From the NCBI GenBank assembly GCA_039680575.1, contig JBDKSP010000122.1:1-35047 (forward strand): a stretch of 35,047 nucleotides of DNA. Direction: 5' to 3'. This document shows positions 1 through 8,909 of this stretch, piece by piece. Both the position numbers and the translations under genes were made by a program. A model generated the notes under the pieces. That model searched no databases and was not told the DNA's origin. It worked only from the letters and a program-made list of their open reading frames with translations. Within the stretch, counting starts at the first letter, position 1. The number at the start of each line of letters is the position of its first letter. The stretch is from Armatimonadota bacterium. Its GTDB lineage: Bacteria > Armatimonadota > UBA5829 > DTLH01.

Positions 1-134
1 AGGCAAACTCCTATATGTGTAATACTTGCTACTTCGACGTGAGCTTCCAAAGTACCTGTGTTGCGGTAATGATACTTTATGTAAACTTCGTTCACACTGC
101 GCCCCTGATTAAGATGCGTTTGCCCTGCATCCCC

Positions 135-163
135 TTGCTATCAGGGAAACTCTTGAGTATTAT
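135..163 (+). promoter_or_regulatory. Putative sigma70 promoter of the PHP gene
   Basis: TTGCTA (135-140), 17 nt spacer, TATTAT (158-163), about 20 nt upstream of ATG 185. Confidence 0.4.
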
Positions 164-184
164 TTGGAAAAGGGTTAATGACTA

Positions 185-1024
185 ATGGAAAACGCGCGGG
201 CAGACCTGCATTTACATACGACGGCATCGGACGGACGGCTGGCACCTGCTCAGGTGGTCGAAGGAGCCGCGCGCGCCGGACTTGCGGCTATAGCTATCTC
301 CGATCACGACACGGTCGACGGAATCGAGGAGGCAGTCTCAGCAGGTAATCGCCTGGGTATCGAGGTCGTACCTGCCGTGGAGATCAATACGGACATAGGC
401 GCGGTCGAAGCCCACATTCTCGGCTACTTCATCGACTGGAAATCGGAAAAGTTCGAAAAAGAGCTCCAAAAACTGCGAAACGGCCGGTTCGAGAGAGGGA
501 AAAAGATTGTCGAGAAGCTGCGCGCGCTCGGAATCTCGATCACACTGGAGCAGGTGCTTGCCATAGCCGGACCAGGACCCATCTGCAGGCCGCATGTGGC
601 GAGAGCGCTCTATGAAGCCGGCGTGGTCGAAAGCCCCAGCGGCGCGTTCAGCCAGTTTCTTGTCAGAGGAGCCCCCGCATACGTCGAAAGAATAAAGATG
701 AGCCCTTATGATGCGGTATCGGTCATCGTCGATGCCGGTGGGGTGGCTGGATTCGCTCATCCTGCGCATACAGGACATGATGAGTTGATCCCTCTACTCA
801 TGAAATCCGGGCTCGGAGCACTCGAAGTCTTCTATCCGAACCAGCCGCCGGAGACCACCCTGCGCTATCAGGCTCTTGCGAGGAAATTCGGGCTGATTGC
901 GACCGGAGGGTCCGACGCTCACGGCACCGACGCGGAAGGCGGGACTTCTATCGGCGCTGTAACGGTCGATGCTCGAGCAGTAGAGCAGCTCAGGAAAGCT
1001 GCCTACCCCCGGCGAAGCAGGTAA
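185..1024 (+). CDS. PHP-domain phosphoesterase (TrpH/YciV-like)
   Basis: DLHLHTTASDG, ISDHDT, EAHILGY, RPHVA, FAHP and GGSDAHG motifs. Confidence 0.93.
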   Translation: MENARADLHLHTTASDGRLAPAQVVEGAARAGLAAIAISDHDTVDGIEEAVSAGNRLGIEVVPAVEINTDIGAVEAHILGYFIDWKSEKFEKELQKLRNGRFERGKKIVEKLRALGISITLEQVLAIAGPGPICRPHVARALYEAGVVESPSGAFSQFLVRGAPAYVERIKMSPYDAVSVIVDAGGVAGFAHPAHTGHDELIPLLMKSGLGALEVFYPNQPPETTLRYQALARKFGLIATGGSDAHGTDAEGGTSIGAVTVDARAVEQLRKAAYPRRSR

Positions 1025-2049
1025 AGGAAGAACGGCGCGCCGAGCATTGCGGTGATTACACCCACCGGGACCTCTCCAAGCGCCCGCGCAGCCGTGTCTG
1101 CGATGACCATAAGTATCGCGCCGGAAAGCGCTGCCGTCGGCAGGAGCACCCTGTGGTCCGAACCGAACATCCGCCGGGCGATGTGCGGCACTATCAACCC
1201 GGCAAACCCGATTATCCCGCTCACCGATACCGCAGCAGCAGTGATAAGGGAGGTAGTGATGATGATAATCAGCTTGAGTTTTTCTATATCCACCCCAAGA
1301 TGCCGCGCGGTCTCTTCCCCGAGTGAATAGACATTGAGGTCACGGGCTATCGCAACGAGTACAGCCAGTCCGATCACAGCGAACGGAAGGATCATCACGA
1401 TATAAGACCAGGGCTTGTCCGCAAAACTCCCCAGAAGCCAGTGGATAATCACCGAGAGGTCCTGTCCCGCAAGCGTCAACACGAAAGTCAGCGCCGCCCA
1501 CAAAAATGAGCCGACGACTACTCCCGCCAGGAGAAACGAGTGAATGGACACCCTGCCGCCGAACCTGGAGAGCGAGTAGACCACAAGCATAGCCGCAAGT
1601 GCGAATATAAACGCAACTATGGGAACGCCGAACCCCGCGAGCCAGCCCGACAGACCGAGAACAAACGCTATCGCTGCTCCAAACGCCGCACCGGAAGAGA
1701 CTCCGACGGTATAAGGATCGGCCAATGGGTTCAGTAGAAGCCCCTGCAGTGCCGCCCCTGCGACAGCCAGGAGGATTCCTACGATGGCAGCGAGAAGCAC
1801 TCTGGGCAGGCGCATCTGCCAGATAATGGTATCCTGCACCATCAGATCAGACCCGCCTGCACCGTTCGAAGAAAGAGGATTACCGAAAATATGCGAGCTG
1901 ATTATCTTTGCGACCACCGAAAACGGCGTGTGCTCCGCTCCGATCCCCACCGAGACAAGTACCGTAATGACGAGCAACACCGTCAGCAGGGTTACTCCGG
2001 CAACCCCGCGCCGCACTATTCGGCTTTTTACTAATGGCTTATCACCCAT
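1003..2049 (-). CDS. FecCD/BtuC-family ABC transporter permease (iron chelate or cobalamin)
   Basis: IIWQMRLPRVLLA, NPLADPYTVGVSSGA, LGEETARHLGV and GIIGFAGLIVPH motifs; many TM segments; 3' end overlaps the convergent PHP gene by 22 nt. Confidence 0.93.
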   Translation of the reverse strand: MGDKPLVKSRIVRRGVAGVTLLTVLLVITVLVSVGIGAEHTPFSVVAKIISSHIFGNPLSSNGAGGSDLMVQDTIIWQMRLPRVLLAAIVGILLAVAGAALQGLLLNPLADPYTVGVSSGAAFGAAIAFVLGLSGWLAGFGVPIVAFIFALAAMLVVYSLSRFGGRVSIHSFLLAGVVVGSFLWAALTFVLTLAGQDLSVIIHWLLGSFADKPWSYIVMILPFAVIGLAVLVAIARDLNVYSLGEETARHLGVDIEKLKLIIIITTSLITAAAVSVSGIIGFAGLIVPHIARRMFGSDHRVLLPTAALSGAILMVIADTAARALGEVPVGVITAMLGAPFFLYLLRRG

Positions 2050-2125
2050 AATTACTCCAGGATTCAGTATAAGCCGGACTACCGGTCAGATCAAGCAGTA
2101 GTCGGAGTCGGCTGAATATTCAGCT

Positions 2126-2692
2126 TCAGCATCCGGTTTCAGAATGGCGCTTCGTCCACTCCTCTTCCAGGATGGCGTAAGAATAGGAGTCCCGCCATTT
2201 GCTTGTGTGCCACCTGTCCTTGACAAAGTGCCCTTCACGGCGCATCCCGATTTTTTCCAGCACCCTCGCTGAGCGGGTATTTTCCGTATCGCACCAGGTA
2301 GATATGCGGTGTATTCCCATATCCGTGAATGCCGCGCGGAGAAGCGCTTCCGCGACCTCCGTGGCATATCCGATCCCCCAGAAATTGCGGTTCAGCACGT
2401 ATCCGATGGCGGCCTGATCCGGCCTTGGCAGCAGGTACAAACCGCACCCTCCGATGACTTGACCATCGGTTTTCAGGGTGACAGCCATTTCAAACCGGCG
2501 TCTGGGCAAATCGGACTGACTCGCTACTATCTCATCCAAAAAGCGCCTGGTATCGAGTTCGGATTCCGGCGAGAATTTGTGGAACTGGAGAACATCAGGC
2601 TGAGTTGAATATTCATGAAACGCTTCCCAGTCGTTGGGTGAGAATTCCCTGATGATGAGACGGTCCGTATTTACCGGTATTTTGACGGACAT
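2126..2692 (-). CDS. GNAT (RimJ/RimL-like) N-acetyltransferase
   Basis: TDRLIIRE, IGYVLNRNFWGIGYATE, NTRSARVLEKIGMRREG; AAAGGA SD upstream. Confidence 0.92.
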   Translation of the reverse strand: MSVKIPVNTDRLIIREFSPNDWEAFHEYSTQPDVLQFHKFSPESELDTRRFLDEIVASQSDLPRRRFEMAVTLKTDGQVIGGCGLYLLPRPDQAAIGYVLNRNFWGIGYATEVAEALLRAAFTDMGIHRISTWCDTENTRSARVLEKIGMRREGHFVKDRWHTSKWRDSYSYAILEEEWTKRHSETGC

Positions 2693-2790
2693 GGAAATAT
2701 CCTTTCTATTAGCGATAGCAGGAGAGTATTATAGCACATCAGACACCCGCAATTTCACTCGCACCCGCCTCTCGGACAAGACCGAAAAGT

Positions 2791-2820
2791 TTGACTGGGG
2801 GATGCCCGCTGGTTTATAAT
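2791..2820 (+). promoter_or_regulatory. Putative sigma70 promoter of ftsK
   Basis: TTGACT (2791-2796), 18 nt spacer, TATAAT (2815-2820). Confidence 0.55.
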
Positions 2821-2831
2821 AATTTCTTGGT

Positions 2832-5132
2832 GTGTCGCATGATACAATTGTCCGACGGCACCGGAAGGATTCCGAACCCTTGCGAAAAAGGACTCAGCGC
2901 AAGCGAAAATCCAAAAATTCAAATCAGTCTTTCGACATAACCGGCATCATTCTGGTATTCCTCGGGATGGTTATGCTGATAAGTCTGATCGCGCCCGGTA
3001 CGAGCGGCGTGCTCGGCCTGTGGATCAAGACCTCGCTTATGAGCCTGGTCGGGGTTGGAGCCTACATATTCCCGTTTTTATGCGCGCTCATAGGAACGCT
3101 CTTCATCATCGGTCCGATCACCATCTGGTCACGGAACGCCGGGATCGGGTCTTCTATGGTCTTCCTCTCGTTCCTCGGATGGAAGGGGCTTACAGGCCTT
3201 CAAGTTGCCGGTGAGGAGTGGGCGTACGGCGGCATCCTTGGCTGGGCTATAGCCTCCGGCATAAAGGCCTTCGCAGGACTTCTGATCGGGAAGATACTTT
3301 TCGCACTCATCATAGTTCTAGGTGTTTACATCACCTTCGACGTTCCACTTGCGAATGTGATCGCAAGATTGAGAGATATGTCCGCAAACGGCGCGCGGAT
3401 TGCCCGTGACCGGCTTGTAGCGGCAAATGCGCCCAAGAGCAACGGGAAAAAGCCTGCCGTGAAAGCTCCTGTAGAGCAGCCGGAGGAGAAGGAGCCCGAA
3501 GAGAAACGGCGTCTATTCCCGGTCCTTGTCAGAAAGGGCGACCCCGCCGAAGAGATCGCACCGGTAAAACCGGACCAGCGGAAGATTCCGGTCACTATCA
3601 GCCATGGTGCTAAGATAAAGACTTCCGCGCCCGTAGAGGAACCGGAGTTGACGGACTCCGAAGAAGCCGAGTTCAGGCTGCCGCCGCTTTCGCTTCTTGC
3701 CGATCCTCAGCCCCCACCACAGCGGGTCGAGGCTGAGCTGAAGTCTAATGTCGAAGTCATCGAGCGGACTCTTGAGGAGTTCAAAGTCTCCGGCGATGTC
3801 GTAGAGATTGCTCATGGACCGACCGTTACCCGTTATGAAATCCATCTCGCGCCGGGGATCAAGGTCAACAAGATTGTAAGCCTTGCGGATAACCTCGCTA
3901 TGTCGCTTGCGGCTATCGATGTGCGTGTCGAGGCTCCTATACCGGGCAAGTCAGCCATCGGCGTCGAGGTACCGAACAAAAACCCGGCTATGGTCGGGCT
4001 GCGGGAGGTTATCGACTGCGACGAGTTCCAGGGAAACGCTTCCAAGCTGCTTTTCGCGCTCGGAAAGGACGTTTCCGGCGAGAGTAAGTTTGCGGATTTG
4101 ACCAAAATGCCGCACATGCTGGTGGCAGGGTCGACCAACTCCGGGAAAAGCGTCTGTCTGAACACTTTAATAGCGAGCCTGCTGTACCGGGCGACTCCTG
4201 ACGAGCTCAAGATGATCCTGATCGACCCGAAAAGGGTGGAACTGAGCCTTTTTGACGGGATTCCTCACCTTGCATGCCCGGTTGTGCGGGATGCAAAGCA
4301 GGCGGCGGCGATTTTCAGGTCCGCCACGAAAGAAATGGACAACCGTTACGATGTGATAGCCCGCGCTGGATGCCGAAACATACAGAGTTACAACGAAAAA
4401 CAGCCTGACGGAGAAAAGCTGCCATACATGGTCATAGTCTGCGATGAGCTTGCAGACCTTATGATGCAGGCGGCTGCCGAGGTGGAGACATCCATTTGCC
4501 GCCTCGCCCAGCTTGCAAGAGCGGTCGGCATCCATCTCGTGCTTGCGACCCAGAGGCCGTCTGTGGATGTCGTAACGGGGCTTATCAAGGCGAATATTTC
4601 ATCGAGGATTGCGTTTACCGTATCGTCCCAGGTCGACAGCCGCACGATCATCGACCAGAACGGCGCAGAAAGGCTGATCGGGCGCGGCGACATGCTCTTC
4701 CTGCCGATAGATGCGCAGAAGCCGATGCGAGTCCAGGGATGTTACCTGAGCGAAGATGAGACCCACCGGGTGGTAGATTTTCTGAAGGCACAGAGGAAGC
4801 CGGTCTACACTATCGAGGCAACTGATATAACATCGAGCGGAGGCGGCGTAGGCGACGACAGCGGAATGACGGACCCGGTCTATGAGCAGGCCGTCAGGAT
4901 GATCGTCACCACCGGCTATGCATCGACTTCCATGATCCAGCGAAAGTTCAAGATAGGCTACACCCGCGCAGCAAGACTGGTCGATACTATGGAGCAGCAG
5001 GGGATAGTCGGTCCGCTGGACGGATCGAAGCCGCGCGAGGTACTCGTGAGCAAGGAAGACCTGGAGCGGCTCTTCGGCGGCCCGACCGGCCTGAGCGACA
5101 ACGATTTTTACGAGGAAGAAGAGGAAGAGTAG
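2832..5132 (+). CDS. ftsK: DNA translocase FtsK/SpoIIIE
   Basis: N-terminal TM region, PHMLVAGSTNSGKS Walker A, DELADLMM, ATQRPSVDV, C-terminal gamma domain (STSMIQRKFKIGYTRAARL); exact start uncertain (GTG 2832 or TTG 2880). Confidence 0.96.
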   Translation: MSHDTIVRRHRKDSEPLRKRTQRKRKSKNSNQSFDITGIILVFLGMVMLISLIAPGTSGVLGLWIKTSLMSLVGVGAYIFPFLCALIGTLFIIGPITIWSRNAGIGSSMVFLSFLGWKGLTGLQVAGEEWAYGGILGWAIASGIKAFAGLLIGKILFALIIVLGVYITFDVPLANVIARLRDMSANGARIARDRLVAANAPKSNGKKPAVKAPVEQPEEKEPEEKRRLFPVLVRKGDPAEEIAPVKPDQRKIPVTISHGAKIKTSAPVEEPELTDSEEAEFRLPPLSLLADPQPPPQRVEAELKSNVEVIERTLEEFKVSGDVVEIAHGPTVTRYEIHLAPGIKVNKIVSLADNLAMSLAAIDVRVEAPIPGKSAIGVEVPNKNPAMVGLREVIDCDEFQGNASKLLFALGKDVSGESKFADLTKMPHMLVAGSTNSGKSVCLNTLIASLLYRATPDELKMILIDPKRVELSLFDGIPHLACPVVRDAKQAAAIFRSATKEMDNRYDVIARAGCRNIQSYNEKQPDGEKLPYMVIVCDELADLMMQAAAEVETSICRLAQLARAVGIHLVLATQRPSVDVVTGLIKANISSRIAFTVSSQVDSRTIIDQNGAERLIGRGDMLFLPIDAQKPMRVQGCYLSEDETHRVVDFLKAQRKPVYTIEATDITSSGGGVGDDSGMTDPVYEQAVRMIVTTGYASTSMIQRKFKIGYTRAARLVDTMEQQGIVGPLDGSKPREVLVSKEDLERLFGGPTGLSDNDFYEEEEEE

Positions 5133-5167
5133 CTGACGGCAGCAGTCCGAAGCAAAGAAGGAATTTA

Positions 5168-5210
5168 GTGGAGATTCGTGCTTCGGGATGAACTACGATC
5201 CCGAAGCATA
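5168..5210 (+). repeat. REP-like palindrome family A, copy 1
   Basis: GTGGAGATTCG-TGCTTCGGGAT-GAACTACG-ATCCCGAAGCA-TA; 11-bp perfect stem 5179-5208. Confidence 0.9.
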
Positions 5211-5360
5211 GGGTAATACGCGAAGAAGCACGAAAGAGACAGCATGGGGCATAGATCCCCCGGTCCATCAGTCCAGTGGTAGATGCTGTAAATCTCCACC
5301 ATTCGCAAAATCCGTTAAATCCGCGTAATTCGCGTTTCAAAATGAAACAAAGGGAATTAG

Positions 5361-6677
5361 TTGAAAGTAAGTCTAATAAGTTTGGGATGTCCAAAGAACC
5401 TGGTCGATTCCGAGGAGATGCTCGGAGCACTGAGTAGAGCAGGTTATGAGCTGACTGCGGAGCCGGAAGAGGCGGACGCGGTAATAGTCAACACCTGCGG
5501 GTTCATTGAAAGCGCAAAACAGGAGTCCATCGACGCAATACTCGGCGCGGTGCAGTTGAAATCCGGCAAGTGCAAGGCTGTAGTCGTCGCAGGATGCCTT
5601 GCGGAGCGCTATGCGGAAGAACTGGCGAAGGAAATACCCGAAGCCGATGCGTTTGTCGGAGTCGGCAGGAACGCAGACCTTCCGTCGATAGTCAAACGCG
5701 CTCTTCAAGGTGAAAAAGTAGTCGATTGCAGCAAGCCGGACTCGATCTGGCTGAAAAGCGGCGAAAGGGTCAGGTCTACGCCGCCCTGGACCGCTTATCT
5801 CAAGATAGCGGAAGGCTGCGACAACAGGTGCTCTTACTGCGCGATACCTGATATTCGAGGGCCGTTTCACAGCAGGCCGCCGGAGCTTATTCTGGCTGAA
5901 GCCGAGCGTATGGCCAGTGAAGGCGTACTTGAAGTAAACCTGATAGCTCAGGACATCACCCGCTACGGCGACGACATCGACGGCTGGAGCCTGGAGCGGC
6001 TGGCGCGGGAGATCGCCGGGATAGACGCAGTCAGGTGGATAAGGCTTTTATACTGCTATCCTACCAGGATTACGGACGGGCTGATAGGACTGGTCGCATC
6101 GGAGCCTAAGATCTGCAAATATATGGATATTCCGCTCCAGCACGGAGATGACCGGGTGCTGAGGGCGATGAACCGGCGCGGCAGCAGAAAAGAGTATCTC
6201 GATGTCATACGGCGGGTTCGTGAGGCATCTCCTGAGATTGCACTGAGGACATCGTTCATAGTCGGGTTCCCTGGCGAGGGAGACGAGGAGTTCGATAACC
6301 TGATATCGTTTGTCGAGGAGATCGATTTCGATAGAATCGGCGCGTTCGAATACTCGCAGGAGGACGGCACACCGGCAGCGTCGATGCCTAATCAGGTAAA
6401 ACCGTCTGTCGCAGCTAAAAGGCTCGACCGGTTGATGAGGCTGGCCGGACGAATCTCAGCCGAGCATAACAAAAACCTGCTCGGAAAAGAGATAGATGTG
6501 CTTGTGGAGTCGCCGGATGCCGGAAGATGCTATCGCGACGCGCCTGAGATAGACGGAATTGTAAGATTTGCAGGAGGTCACGCCCAACCTGGCGAGATCG
6601 TCCGTACGAGAGTAGTGAAATCAGACGAATACGATCTGACTGTAAGTTTGGATTCTAATTGCGGGAGTTGTGGGTAG
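5361..6677 (+). CDS. rimO: Ribosomal protein S12 methylthiotransferase RimO
   Basis: SLGCPKNLVDSE, VNTCGFIESAKQES, radical SAM CDNRCSYC, C-terminal TRAM domain with DAPEIDG; TTG start. Confidence 0.95.
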   Translation: MKVSLISLGCPKNLVDSEEMLGALSRAGYELTAEPEEADAVIVNTCGFIESAKQESIDAILGAVQLKSGKCKAVVVAGCLAERYAEELAKEIPEADAFVGVGRNADLPSIVKRALQGEKVVDCSKPDSIWLKSGERVRSTPPWTAYLKIAEGCDNRCSYCAIPDIRGPFHSRPPELILAEAERMASEGVLEVNLIAQDITRYGDDIDGWSLERLAREIAGIDAVRWIRLLYCYPTRITDGLIGLVASEPKICKYMDIPLQHGDDRVLRAMNRRGSRKEYLDVIRRVREASPEIALRTSFIVGFPGEGDEEFDNLISFVEEIDFDRIGAFEYSQEDGTPAASMPNQVKPSVAAKRLDRLMRLAGRISAEHNKNLLGKEIDVLVESPDAGRCYRDAPEIDGIVRFAGGHAQPGEIVRTRVVKSDEYDLTVSLDSNCGSCG

Positions 6678-6725
6678 ATAAATGAGTTATCCATACCCCA
6701 TGACCCATTAAGGGAGGAATAACGC

Positions 6726-8567
6726 GTGAGTACATCAGCAACAAAGCTTAAGATAGAAGACCCGGTCCGCACGGCGGCGCGGGTTTATCTGGAAGACCTG
6801 GCATACGATGCACTGGTCGGACGAGAAGAACCGGCCAAGACCGGCGAGATGCTGAGGGAGATCGGACTTGAGGACCTGACCTTGAGGACTATCCGGCACA
6901 TACTGACGGAGAGCCAGAGGTTCGAGCCGGTTGACCGTCGATGGACGGTTGCCGCCAGAGTGCAGGACATCCAGCGCCCGTTCGAGCGTGTAATCGAGAG
7001 CCTGATCTCAGCTTACGGCAGGCCGACCACGCTTTCGGCGCTCGCCAAAGAGCTTGCGATCATCTTCGACCGCGCGGAAGACTATTACAAAGAAATGCTG
7101 CCTCGGCTGCTCGCATCTCATGAAAAGTTCTTCATGCTTGACAACGAGCGTTACGGATTGACCTCCTGGCTGCTCGTTACGGACTCCAGTGAGCCCGATG
7201 ATGTCCTGTTCGATAACTTTATGGAAGAGGATGATGTCGCTCCGTATCGAAAACTGGCAAAAAAGGCAAAGTGGGCTGCTGAAGATATTCCCGGTTCAGC
7301 TACGCAGTTCATCGATCAGTTCGGACAGCCTGTTCCGGTCAGAGTTCTGGCCTTCTTCGCCTGGCAGCAGCTTAAAGCTGCCTACGACCCGCTGGGGTTC
7401 TATGCCACGCTCCTGGAATCCGACCAGATAGAGATACTTTCGACACAGAAAGCAATCAGTTCCGACCTAAAGCAGGAAGTAATGAAGGCCATTCAGGTCA
7501 TAGCTTCCGAGATCGAGGAGCTTCCCGCCGAAGCGGAGGAAGAAGCCGCAGAGACCGGACCCGTAGTGATTACGGACGCGGATAGAGACGAAATAGTCAG
7601 TCTCATCGAGAAGCAGGGCGGTACTGTCATAGCGGACGATATACTGGAAAGCGTGCTGGAGATCTCTCCGGGCGAACGCGGCTATGATGCAGCGCTCGAT
7701 AGCCTCAATGAAACACTCGAAGGTGAAGACCGGATCATCCGTGTCGGAACCGGCCGCTGGAGACAGGCCGGCACTATCCCTGAATACGCATATGAAGTCC
7801 CGCCGGTGCTCGTCATTCCACCTGCGGTGCCGTTCGAGACACCTGAGGGAGACATCTACGATCAGGAACTGGAAGACGAAGGGCTCGATTCGGGACTCAG
7901 GCAGGAGATACTCAACCCGCTTGTTCAGGACATAGGGGACGAGGACCCCGGCGAGGCAGTATATCAGCCTCTGGACGTATATCAGCGCTGCGCGCTTCTA
8001 TATCACCACAAAGAAGCCGGGACAATGCCGCTTATCCAGTTCCATCCTGACTTCTTCGACAAAGAACCGGAGATCGTTCAGATAACGCTCGTCAACGAGG
8101 GTATCCGAAGAGATGCCTGGATCAGCAATAAGACCCGGATCATCTACGGACTGAAGGACTGGTACACTAGCGAGATGCCTGTATCCGGCGCAGCATTCGA
8201 GATTCACAAGACAGAGCGCCCGGGCGAGTACCGGTTTATCTATGACAACAGGACCGATCCTCTGGTGTTCGTGCCGACAAGCAGGCTGCTCGAACTGCTT
8301 GAGCTGAAAAACGAGGCCGATTCAACCGAGATGCCGGTATTCGATATAATCACAAGGATACTGGAGCACTACCGAAAGGGAATCGCCTTCGTTCCGCTCT
8401 TCACCGAGGTAAACCTGGTACGGCGCGTGACCAGAAGGCTGGTCGCATCGGTTCTCAGTTCTTACCACGCGTTCCATACGCGGGGCAAGACCGGCGAGTG
8501 GCAGTACGATGCCAAGAAGCGGTCACAGGGATTCAATAAGACAAAGAGGAAATACATTAAAAAGTAA
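6726..8567 (+). CDS. Hypothetical acidic protein with several winged-helix (HARE-HTH-like) segments
   Basis: 613-aa ORF with GGGAGG SD before the GTG and host-like codon usage; recurring L..xxRF..vg.gxW motif; function not recognised. Confidence 0.85.
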   Translation: MSTSATKLKIEDPVRTAARVYLEDLAYDALVGREEPAKTGEMLREIGLEDLTLRTIRHILTESQRFEPVDRRWTVAARVQDIQRPFERVIESLISAYGRPTTLSALAKELAIIFDRAEDYYKEMLPRLLASHEKFFMLDNERYGLTSWLLVTDSSEPDDVLFDNFMEEDDVAPYRKLAKKAKWAAEDIPGSATQFIDQFGQPVPVRVLAFFAWQQLKAAYDPLGFYATLLESDQIEILSTQKAISSDLKQEVMKAIQVIASEIEELPAEAEEEAAETGPVVITDADRDEIVSLIEKQGGTVIADDILESVLEISPGERGYDAALDSLNETLEGEDRIIRVGTGRWRQAGTIPEYAYEVPPVLVIPPAVPFETPEGDIYDQELEDEGLDSGLRQEILNPLVQDIGDEDPGEAVYQPLDVYQRCALLYHHKEAGTMPLIQFHPDFFDKEPEIVQITLVNEGIRRDAWISNKTRIIYGLKDWYTSEMPVSGAAFEIHKTERPGEYRFIYDNRTDPLVFVPTSRLLELLELKNEADSTEMPVFDIITRILEHYRKGIAFVPLFTEVNLVRRVTRRLVASVLSSYHAFHTRGKTGEWQYDAKKRSQGFNKTKRKYIKK

Positions 8568-8644
8568 GTTATCAGACGATATCCGGCAGCATATTCGGAT
8601 AGTTTCTTAATCACGAAAGCACGAAATATGGATTAGGATGAATT

Positions 8645-8686
8645 GTGGAGACTCGTGCTTCGGGGCGAACTGCGGTCCCGAAGCAT
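8645..8686 (+). repeat. REP-like palindrome family A, copy 2
   Basis: GTGGAGACTCGTGCTTCGGGGCGAACTGCGGTCCCGAAGCATA. Confidence 0.9.
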
Positions 8687-8706
8687 AGGGTTATACATGA
8701 CATCCT

Positions 8707-8746
8707 TATGCTCGGGATTCTTTTCTTCCCGAAGCACGGCATACAC
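8707..8746 (-). repeat. REP-like palindrome family A, copy 3 (inverted partner of copy 2)
   Basis: Reverse complement GTGTATGCCGTGCTTCGGGAAGAAAAGAATCCCGAGCATA; tail-to-tail with copy 2, 20 nt apart. Confidence 0.8.
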
Positions 8747-8909
8747 AAATCTTTCGTTCCTGGATTATAAATCCAGATGTTCTTTTTCGGACGCGATTAC
8801 AAATCACATCCGATCTTGATTCCTTTTCTTCTCCATTTCGTGTTTTCGTGATAAAAAGATCTTCCGCTTAAGCTGTTAAGATTGATCTGATAGCTGAAAG
8901 CTGATAAAT

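Larger units (their letters stand above)
8610..8852. repeat. Composite palindromic element bounded by 18-bp inverted repeats (family G) enclosing a family A pair and a family F pair
   Basis: ATCACGAAAGCACGAAAT (8610-8627) vs ATTTCGTGTTTTCGTGAT (8835-8852), 17/18 complementary; left arm repeated exactly at 30917-30935. Confidence 0.8.
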
